From: Anaeramoeba ignava BMAN
Lineage: Eukaryota; Protista; Anaeramoebae
NCBI GenBank assembly: GCA_028826165.1
Contig: JAPDFW010000130.1
Coordinates: 62,001 to 126,000, forward strand
Length of the DNA: 64,000 bases
Direction: 5' to 3'
Shown here: positions 25,901-34,904 of the stretch, piece after piece
How the letters are laid out: each line of letters starts with the position of its first letter
How positions within the stretch are numbered: position 1 is the stretch's first letter
Position numbers and translations under genes: made by a program
The notes under the pieces: model-generated
Told to the model about the DNA's origin: nothing
Seen by the model: the letters and a program-made list of their open reading frames with translations, nothing else
Database searches by the model: none

Positions 25901-26820
25901 TAAAAGGAAATTTCCCAAAAGAAAATTAAGTAAATTCTTTTCTTTGTTTTTTAGGGAAAAAAACCTTTAGGTATTTTTCTATCAAGAGTACAAAGGAATA
26001 TGTCACCTTCTCAAATGCAAGTTTTACATCATTTACTTAGTTATGGTGCAGATCCAGAAGATTTAACAGTATAATTTTAATTACAATTTTAATTTTCAAA
26101 ACGAATTTTAAATTAAAAATGAAACTGTTTTTGTTTTTTTAGGATTTTTTAAATTATGAACCAATTAAACAAATTTATGATAAAATCACAGCACTTCCAA
26201 AATCTATTATGGGTATTTATGAAAGAAAAGAAGGATGCGATATTGAATTCCCATTTTTCGAAAAACAATATAATCTTCATAAACAATTTTTATATGCAAG
26301 AATTGGCAAAGATTTGACAGATAATTTAAAAGCAATTTTAACTGAGTTTTCTGAGAAACAAGTGGCAACTTTTATTGCATGGATTTATGGCAAATGTTTA
26401 CCATCAGAAAACTATCAAGAAATGAAAGAAATGATGGTTCAATTAGGAATAAATGATTTTTATCTTCATACTGGAGCAAAAGGAGTAGGAGAAGCATTTG
26501 CCAAAATGTATGAAGATAAAGATTCAATGGATTTCACAATCATTGTTGATGGTAAAGAAATTCTTGCTCATAAAATTATCTTGATGGCTAGAAGTGATTT
26601 ATATCGAGGAATGTTTGTCAGTGTTCAGGATGATTCGAATAAAGTTAATGATTACAGTGGAAAATCTTTTGAAGCTGTTAATTCTGTTGTTAAGTTTCTT
26701 TATACTAATTTGCTTGATGAAAAATTATCAAATAAAGTTATTCAAGAATTATCTGATGCTGAAGATTATTACCAAATAATTAATTCAAATTTAAAAGAAC
26801 AACTTCCAAAAAAAAAATAA
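22940..26820 (+). CDS. Ankyrin-repeat + BTB/POZ protein, 27 exons, ~669 aa, all introns phase 0
   Basis: Exons: 22940-23038, 23123-23131, 23212-23307, 23372-23374, 23439-23441, 23505-23600, 23680-23682, 23772-23882, 23968-24069, 24132-24134, 24194-24286, 24346-24348, 24415-24417, 24478-24573, 24638-24640, 24719-24721, 24782-24868, 24949-25056, 25136-25222, 25283-25285, 25373-25468, 25543-25545, 25616-25618, 25672-25770, 25878-25883, 25955-26068, 26143-26820. Ankyrin exons include KFTPLHYAVKF..., DETPFHFAVANGASLELLKLLIDAGAD and HQSPLTQAITRGYDFVKLLLENGADPN. The C-terminal BTB reads SMDFTIIVDGKEILAHKIILMARSDLYRGMF. All introns are GT..AG, 53-107 nt. Confidence 0.88.
23123..25883 (+). other. Set of 13 microexons (eleven 3-nt, one 6-nt, one 9-nt) in ankyrin beta-hairpins
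   Basis: AG|exon|GT units: GAACCTTTT 23123, TCT 23372, AGT 23439, AAT 23680, ATT 24132, AAT 24346, TTG 24415, AAA 24638, GAA 24719, GTT 25283, AAT 25543, AAA 25616, AATTCT 25878. Including them restores the ankyrin hairpin spacing in most repeats. Confidence 0.82.
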
Positions 26821-26973
26821 TTTGGAATTTTGGATTTTTTTATTTTTTTTTTTGAAAGAAAAAGAAAAAGGAAAAGAAAAAAGAAAAAAGAAAAAAGAAA
26901 AAGAAAAAAGAAAAAAGAAAAAAGAAAAAAGTGGAATGAATCAAAGAAAAAAGAAAAAAATTTTTTTTTTTGC

Positions 26974-27876
26974 TCATTTTTTTTCTTGGCAACTATGAGC
27001 CCATTTAATATATTCTTTCAAATCAAGTTTTCCATCTTTGTTTTCATCAAATTTATCAAAAATTTCTTTAACTACAGCATCATCAAGTTTGAAAAAGGCT
27101 TTCAATTCTTCAGGTTGAAGAAATCCATCTTTATTAGTATCTGCTTTGTCAAACACTTTCTTTGCTTGTAATTCCTTTTTCATTGCTTTGTATTCATCAA
27201 AATCAAGTTTTCCATCTTTATTAACATCATAAACATCAAAAAGTTCTTTAATTTTAGCATCATCAAATCCAGTGAAAGCTTTCATTTCTTCAGGTTGAAG
27301 GAATCCATCTTTATTAGTATCAATGATATCAAAGAAGTATTTAAGAAGTTCATCCATTCTCCAAATAGCATATTCTTTGAAATCAAGTTTTCCATCCTTA
27401 TCAGCATCATATTTCTCAAAAATACCAGTAACATCTTCCAATCCGTGATATTTCTTAACTTCATCTGGTTGAAGGAATCCATCTTTATTCAAATCAGCTT
27501 CATTGAATTCTTCCTTCAATTTATGGAAATGTCTCCAATGTGAATATTCATCAATTTCCAAAACTCCATCTTTATTCCAATCTGCTTTTGCAAAAATTGC
27601 TTTAACTGTTTCATCATCAAGTTTGAAATATGCTTTTAATTCTTCTGGTTGAATTTTTCCATCTTTGTTTGTATCAACTTTCTCAAATTCTGTTTTCAAA
27701 AGCCAATTAGAATATTCATAAAAACCCAATTTTCCATCTTTGTTTGCATCAAATTTCTCAAGTATTTCTTTAACTGCTGCATCATCTAATTTGAAAAATG
27801 TTTTAATTTCTTCTGCTTGAAGGAATCCATCTTTATTAGTATCTGCTGATTTGAAATTTCTGAAAAATTCACACAT
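26974..27876 (-). CDS. 10x EF-hand calcium-binding protein, copy 4 (300 aa), inverted
   Basis: Highly similar to copy 3, including ~115 bp of 5' flank. Confidence 0.95.
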   Translation of the reverse strand: MCEFFRNFKSADTNKDGFLQAEEIKTFFKLDDAAVKEILEKFDANKDGKLGFYEYSNWLLKTEFEKVDTNKDGKIQPEELKAYFKLDDETVKAIFAKADWNKDGVLEIDEYSHWRHFHKLKEEFNEADLNKDGFLQPDEVKKYHGLEDVTGIFEKYDADKDGKLDFKEYAIWRMDELLKYFFDIIDTNKDGFLQPEEMKAFTGFDDAKIKELFDVYDVNKDGKLDFDEYKAMKKELQAKKVFDKADTNKDGFLQPEELKAFFKLDDAVVKEIFDKFDENKDGKLDLKEYIKWAHSCQEKK

Positions 27877-28169
27877 TTTCTTTTAAATTTGATTTGAAGA
27901 AAAATGAAATGATATTTTTTATTATTTTTTTTTGCTTTTAAATTCTTTTTTTGCCTTCTTTTCCTTTTTTTTTTTTTTGATCAAAACATTTTAATTTTGA
28001 TTTTAATTTTCAATTTTATTTTTAATTGGAAAAAATTTTTCTTTTTTTTTTGCTTTTTTGGGGAGTTTGATGAAAGTATTTTTTTTTTTCTTTTTAATTA
28101 AAATTTTTTAAAAGAAATTTGATCAAAATTAAAAATCAATAAAACTATTCATGATAAATTTAAAAACAA

Positions 28170-28930
28170 AAATTAATTTAAATATTAATTTAATTCTATT
28201 AATATTTTTGATATTTTTTTAATTAATATTTTTAATAATAAATTTATCAAAAATAAAAGAAGTAAATTATATAATTTAATAATAAATTTATTTATTCAAT
28301 TAATTTAGAAATAAAACTAATTTAAATATTAATTTAATCATATTAATATTTTTGATATTTTTTATATTAATATTTTTAATAATAAATTTATCAAAAATAA
28401 AAGAAGTAAATTATATAATTTAATAATAAATTTATTTATTCAATTAATTTGGAAATAAAAACTAATTTAAATATTAATTTAATTCTATTAATATTTTTGA
28501 TATTTTTTTAATTAATATTTTTAATAATAAATTTATCAAAAATAAAAGAAGTAAATTATATAATTTAATAATAAATTTATTTATTCAATTAATTTAGAAA
28601 TAAAACTAATTTAAATATTAATTTAATCTATTAATATTTTTGATATTTTTTTAATTAATATTTTTAATAATAAATTTATCAAAAATAAAAGAAGTAAATT
28701 ATATAATTTAATAATAAATTTATTTAATTATTTAATTTAGAAACAAAAACTAATTTAAATATTAATTTAATCCTATTAATATTTTTGATATTTTCAAAAA
28801 AGGAAAAAAGGAAAAAAGGAAAAAAAGGAAAAAGTCCACTTTTTAAAAAAAGTGTTTATTTACTTAATTTAAAAATAAAAACTAATTTAAATATTAATTT
28901 AATTCTATTAATATTTTTGATATTTTTTTA
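28170..28930. repeat. ~144-145 bp tandem satellite (four full units plus partial ones)
   Basis: The unit anchor AATTTAAATATTAATTTAA recurs at ~28175, 28319, 28464, 28608, 28753 and 28885. TCAAAAATAAAAGAAGTAAATT occurs four times. Confidence 0.9.
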
Positions 28931-29087
28931 AATAAAAAGTTGTCGTATTTTATTTTATTTTTATTTTTGTTTTTGGAATAAAAAAAATGATCAAATTTTA
29001 AATTTTCAATTTTCAATTTTCAATTTGCTTTTTATTTTATTTTCAATTTGTTTTTTTATTTTGTTTTTAATTTAAATCATTTCTGAA

Positions 29088-31157
29088 ATGCTCACAGAGG
29101 ATTATTGGGAAGATCTGCTTAATGTTGATGAAGATAGAGATTCTAGTCAATATCTAGTTGAGTTACGTCAATTATTTCAATCCAAAAACAAAACCATTTT
29201 TGTTCCAAATGATTCCCAATCAAAAAGATTCACAAATCATGATTATTTTAACACAGAAAAAGTTGATAATAAAGATGAACCCAAATCAAATCAATTTATC
29301 TCAGAAATTGAATTAACTGAAGAAAATGAAGAGATTGAATTAACTCAAGAAAATGAAGAGATTGAATTAACTGAAGAAAATGAAGAAACTCAAGAAATTC
29401 AATTCAGAAACAAAACCATTTTTGTTCCAAATGATTCCCAATCAAAAAGATTCACAAATCATGATTATTTTAACACAGAAAAAGTTGATAATAAAGATGA
29501 ACCCAAATCAAATCAATTTATCTCAGAGATTGAATTAACTGAAGAAAATGAAGAGATTGAATTAACTCAAGAAAATGAAGAGATTGAATTAACTGAAGAA
29601 AATGAAGAGATTGAATTAACTCAAGAAACTGAAGAGATTGAATTAACTGAAGAAAATGAAGAAACTCAAGAAATTCAATTCAGAAACAAAAACATTTTTG
29701 TTCCAAATGATTCTCAATCAAAAAGATTCACAAATCATGATTATTTTAACACAGAAAAAGTTGGTAATAAAGATGAACCCAAATCAAATCAATTTATCTC
29801 AGAAATTGAATTAACTCAAGAAAATCAAGAGATTGAATTAACTGAAGAAAATGAAGAGATTGAATTAACTCAAGAAATTGAAGAGATTGAATTAACTGAA
29901 GAAACTGAAGAAACTCAAGAAATTCAATTCAGAAACAAAACCATTTTTGTTCCAAATGATTCCCAATCAAAAAGATTCACAAATCATGATTATTTTAACA
30001 CAGAAAAAGTTGGTAATAAAGATGAACCCAAATCAAATCAATTTATCTCAGAGATTGAATTAACTGAAGAAAATGAAGAGATTGAATTAACTCAAGAAAA
30101 TGAAGAGATTGAATTAACTGAAGAAATTGAAGAGATTGAATTAACTGAAGAAACTGAAGAAACTCAAGAAATTCAATTCAGAAACAAAACCATTTTTGTT
30201 CCAAATGATTCCCAATCAAAAAGATTCACAAATCATGATTATTTTAACACAGAAAAAGTTGGTAATAAAGATGAACCCAAATCAAATCAATTTATCTCAG
30301 AGATTGAATTAACTGAAGAAAATGAAGAAACTCAAGAAATTCAATTCAGAAACAAAACCATTTTTGTTCCAAATGATTCTCAATCAAAAAGATTCACAAA
30401 TCATGACTATTTTAACACAGAAAAAGTTGATAATAAAGGTCTTTTTGGCGATTCTGATTTAGTTAGTGTAATTGATGTCAAACAAGTTCCAAATCCAAAT
30501 CAAGTTCCAAATCCAAATCGAAAAGTTTCAAATCCAAATCAAGTTTCAAATCCAAATCGAAAAGTTCCAAATCTAAATCAAGTTTCAAATCCAAATCGAA
30601 AAGTTCCAAATCTAAATCAAGTTCCAAATCCAAATCGAAAAGTTTCAAATCCAAATCAAGTTCCAAATCTAAATCGAAAAGTTCCAAATCCAAATCAAGT
30701 TACAAATCTAAATCGAAAAGTTACAAATCCAAAAAGACAAAATCCAAGAAACCAAAATATAAAAAAAAGAACCAAAAGAAAAGTTCAACCTGTAACAAAC
30801 AAAACTGGAAAAAGGATCAAAAACAGAAAAACTGGAAAAAGAAACGGAAAAAGAATTGGATTCCAACTTGACCAATTATGTGGGAAATATCCTCAATTTT
30901 TTGATGGATGGAAACCAAATACATTTCAAAATTTCAAAAAATATGGGGAAGTTCCTGATCAAGTTTGCTTCAAAAATGAAGTTATTAATCTTTTAATAAC
31001 AAACTCAAAACGTTCTAATTTGAGAAACAAAAGGAGATATGTTATAAAAATTCTTGAAGAGAAAATGGGGTTGAAAAATAAACACCCTTATATTCATGGA
31101 AAAATTATCAGAGTTAAAGAAATCAAAAATCAAAATTCAAATTCAAATCAAATCTAA
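29088..31157 (+). CDS. Hypothetical protein with nested tandem repeats and a basic C-terminal domain (689 aa, intronless)
   Basis: Uninterrupted ORF. Six NKTIFVPNDSQSKRFTNHDYFNTEKV units with variable EIELTEENE subrepeats, then VPNPNQ/VSNPNRK repeats and a K/R-rich C-terminus. Confidence 0.75.
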   Translation: MLTEDYWEDLLNVDEDRDSSQYLVELRQLFQSKNKTIFVPNDSQSKRFTNHDYFNTEKVDNKDEPKSNQFISEIELTEENEEIELTQENEEIELTEENEETQEIQFRNKTIFVPNDSQSKRFTNHDYFNTEKVDNKDEPKSNQFISEIELTEENEEIELTQENEEIELTEENEEIELTQETEEIELTEENEETQEIQFRNKNIFVPNDSQSKRFTNHDYFNTEKVGNKDEPKSNQFISEIELTQENQEIELTEENEEIELTQEIEEIELTEETEETQEIQFRNKTIFVPNDSQSKRFTNHDYFNTEKVGNKDEPKSNQFISEIELTEENEEIELTQENEEIELTEEIEEIELTEETEETQEIQFRNKTIFVPNDSQSKRFTNHDYFNTEKVGNKDEPKSNQFISEIELTEENEETQEIQFRNKTIFVPNDSQSKRFTNHDYFNTEKVDNKGLFGDSDLVSVIDVKQVPNPNQVPNPNRKVSNPNQVSNPNRKVPNLNQVSNPNRKVPNLNQVPNPNRKVSNPNQVPNLNRKVPNPNQVTNLNRKVTNPKRQNPRNQNIKKRTKRKVQPVTNKTGKRIKNRKTGKRNGKRIGFQLDQLCGKYPQFFDGWKPNTFQNFKKYGEVPDQVCFKNEVINLLITNSKRSNLRNKRRYVIKILEEKMGLKNKHPYIHGKIIRVKEIKNQNSNSNQI

Positions 31158-32340
31158 ATTTCAATTCAATTAGAAATTGAAATCAAAAATAAGAGTTTAA
31201 ATCTCAATTCAATTAGAAATTGAAATCAAAAATCAGAGTTTAAATTCAAAATCAGAGTTTAAATTTCAATTCAATTAGAAATTGAAATCAAAAATAAGAA
31301 TTTAAATTCAAAAATAAGAATTTAAATTTCAATTCAATTAGAAATTGAAATCAAAAATAAGAGTTTAAATTTCAATTCAATTAGAAATTGAAATCAAATA
31401 TCAGAGTTTAAATTCTAAATCAGAATTTAAATTTCAATTCAATTAGAAATTGAAATCAAAAATAAGAATTTAAATTTCAATTTAAATAGAAATTGAAATC
31501 AAAAATAAGAATTTAAATTCTAAATAAGAATTTAAATTTCAATTCAATTAGAAATTGAAATCAAAAATCAGAATTTAAATTTCAATTCAATTAGAAATTG
31601 AAATCAAATATCAGAATTTAAATTTCAATTCAATTAGAAATTGAAATCAAAAATAAGAATTTAAATTTCAATTTAAATAGAAATTGAAATCAAAAATAAG
31701 AATTTAAATTTCAATTCAATTAGAAATTGAAATCAAAAATAATAATTTAAATTTCAATTTAAATAGAAATTGAAATCAAATATCAGAGTTTAAATTCTAA
31801 ATCAGAATTTAAATTTCAATTCAATTAGAAATTGAAATCAAAAATAATAATTTAAATTTCAATTCAATTAGAAATTGAAATCAAAAATAAGAGTTTAAAT
31901 TCTAAATCAGAATTTAAATTTCAATTCAATTAGAAATTGAAATCAAATATCAGAATTTAAATTTCAATTTAAATAGAAATTGAAATCAAAAATAATAGTT
32001 TAAATTTCAATTCAATTAGAAATTGAAATCAAAAATAAGAGTTTAAATTTCAATTCAATTAGAAATTGAAATCAAAAATAATAGAAATTGAAAAAAAAAT
32101 TTAAATTTCAATTTAAATAGAAATTGAAATCAAATATCAGAGTTTAAATTCTAAATCAAATTTAAATTTCAATTCAATTAGAAATTGAAATCAAAAATAA
32201 TAGTTTAAATTTCAATTCAATTAGAAATTGAAATCAAAAATAAGAGTTTAAATTCTAAATCAGAATTTAAATTTCAATTCAATTAGAAATTGAAATCAAA
32301 AATAAGAATTTAAATTTCAATCCAATTTAAATTGAAATTC
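31150..32340. repeat. 43-bp minisatellite with an internal inverted repeat and an optional ~19-bp insert
   Basis: Unit TTTAAATTTCAATTCAATTAGAAATTGAAATCAAAAATAAGAG. ATTTCAATT and AATTGAAAT are reverse complements. Confidence 0.9.
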
Positions 32341-33140
32341 AAAATCAAAATCAAAATCAAATTTAAATTTCAATTCAATTAGAAATTGAAATCAAAATAT
32401 TCAAATTTAAATTCAAAATCAAGAATTTAAATTTCAAATTAGAAATTCAAAATCAAATTCAAAAATCAAATGAAATCAAATTCAAATTTAAATTCAAATT
32501 TCAAATTAGAAATTCAAAAATCAAAAATCAAATAAAATTAAATTCAAATTCAAATCAAAAAATTCAACTTTTTAAAATTCAAATTCAAATTCAAAATTCA
32601 AATTCAAATCAAATTCAAATCAAAATTCAAAATTCAAATTCAAATTCAAATTCAAAATTCAAATTCAAAATCAAATTCAAAATCGTTAAATTCAAATTCA
32701 AATTCAAATTCAAAATTCAAAAATTCAAATTCAAATTCAAATTCAAAATCAAAATCAAAATCAAAATCAAATTCAAAATCAAATTCAAAATCAAATTCAA
32801 ATTCAAATTCAAATTCAAATTTAAATTCAAATTTAAATTCAAAATTCAAATTCAAATTCAAATTCAAAAATCAAATTCAAAATTCAAATTCAAATTCAAA
32901 TTCAAATTCAAAATTCAAAATCAAATTCAAATTAAAAAATCAAAATTAAATTAAAAATCAAAATTCAAAATCAAAATCAAAATCAAATAAAAAAATCAAA
33001 ATCAAAAATTCAAAATCAAAATCAAATTCAAAATTAAAATCAAAAAAAAATTCAAATTCAAAATCAAATTCAAATTCAAATTCAAATTCAAATTCAAATT
33101 CAAATTCAAAATTAAAATTAAATTCAAATTCAAATTAAAT
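32340..33140. repeat. (AAATTC/AAAATC)n microsatellite
   Basis: Seen directly in the sequence. Confidence 0.8.
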
Positions 33141-33309
33141 TGCAAATGTAATAAAAAATAAGTAAGAAATGTAAGAAGAACTGTACTAAAATTATTTAAT
33201 GCAAAAAAAATATAAATAAATTATTTATATAGTTTAATTTTTATTTTTTTTTTTTTTTTTATTTTTCATTTTTTATTTTTTCATTTTTTAATTTTTCAAA
33301 AATTTAAAA

Positions 33310-34223
33310 ATGAGTAGATGCTTTGAGAAATTTAAATTAGCAGATAAAAATAAAGATGGATTTGTAACAATCAAAGAACTAATTGAATTTTCACAAATGG
33401 AAGAAAAAAAAGCAAATGAAATTATGAAAAAATATGATTTAAATCAAAATGGAAAATTAGATTTTATGGAATTTTCAAATTGGATTCTTGAGAGTGAATT
33501 TGAAAAAGTTGATGAAAATAAAGATGGAAAAATTGATTGCGAAGAATTGAAGAAATATTTCAATTTGAATGATTTGGAAGTTGAAATGATTTTTGAAAAG
33601 CATGATTTTAATAAAGATGGAAAACTTGATTTTGAAGAGTATTCTCATTGGAGAAAAAGAAGGGAAATGAATGAGGAATTTGATAAAATTGATGTGAATC
33701 ATGATGGTTTTGTTGAATTTGAGGAAATCAAGAATTATTACAATTTAACAAATGAAGAGGTTCAAAAAGTATTTGATAAATTTGATGTGAATGGAAAGAA
33801 AAAACTCGATTTTTGCGAATATAGAACTTGGCAGCGAAATGTGATTTTCAAGTATTTCTTTGATATTATTGATGAAGATTGCGATGATTTTTATCTTTTG
33901 ATGAAGTGAGAAAATATTATAATTTGGATCAAGAAGAAACAAAGAAATTATTTGAAAATTTTGATAGAAATGGTGATGGGAAAATTGATTATGAGGAATA
34001 CAAAGTTTGGCAGAAGGAATTAAATTCAATCAAGGTTTTTGAGAAAGTTGATACGGATCATGATGGATTATTAACATCACAAGATATGAAAGATTATTTC
34101 AAATTGGAAGAAGTTGAAGTGAAGAAAATTTTCGAAATTTTTGATCAAGATAAAGATGGAAAATTGAATTTAAGTGAATATACAAGATGGGGACATAGTC
34201 ATTGTGATTGTCGGAAGAAATGA
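33310..34223 (+). CDS. 10x EF-hand protein, divergent copy 5, with a 1-nt frameshift at ~33888-33892 (sequence error or pseudogene)
   Basis: ORFs 33310-33909 and 33906-34223 join into a colinear ~304-aa paralog if one T is added to the T5 run, giving DEDCDDFLSFDEVRKYY. Confidence 0.85.
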
Positions 34224-34309
34224 AGAAGAATTAAAAAGATCAAAAGGATTAAAAAAGTTTATTTTGATTTTTTTTTTTTAAAAAATAATCAAACCAAAAG
34301 GAAATTTTA

Positions 34310-34900
34310 ATTTAATTTTGATTTTGATTTTGATTTTGATTTTGAATTTGATTTTGAATTTGATTTTCATTTTAATTTTGATTTTGATTTTGATTTTGAT
34401 TTTCATTTTTATTTTTATTTTGATTTTGATTTTGATTTTGAATTTTGATTTTGATTTTGATTTTGATTTTGATTTTAATTTTGATTTAGATTTTGATTTT
34501 GATTTTCATTTTCATTTTAATTTTGATTTTCATTTTCATTTTCATTTTCATTTTAATTTTTATTTAAATTTTGATTTGATTTTCATTTTCATTTTGATTT
34601 TGAATTTGAATTTTGATTTTGATTTTGATTTTAATTTTGAATTTTGATTTTGATTTTGATTTTGATTTTAATTTTCATTTTGATTTTCTTTTTGATTTTG
34701 AATTTTCATTTTTATTTTAATTTTGATTTTGATTTTGATTTTGATTTTGATTTTCATTTTGATTTTGATTTTGATTTTGATTTTGATTTTGATTTTGATT
34801 TTCATTTTAATTTTGATTTTGATTTTGATTTTGATTTTCATTTTGATTTTGATTTTCATTTTCATTTTCATTTTCATTTTCATTTTCAATTTCAATTTGA
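34310..34900. repeat. (GATTTT/CATTTT)n microsatellite between convergent genes
   Basis: Seen directly in the sequence. It is the source of the spurious IL/DF ORFs. Confidence 0.85.
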
Positions 34901-34904
34901 TTTT

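Noticed and set aside
31150-32340. Palindromic repeats resembling a CRISPR array
   Set aside because: The units are directly tandem with no unique spacers, so this is a minisatellite.
33880-33910. Programmed ribosomal frameshift in EF copy 5 (and BEACH2 ~40543)
   Set aside because: There is no canonical X XXY YYZ heptamer in the right frame, and the paralogs are uninterrupted. A homopolymer error is simpler.
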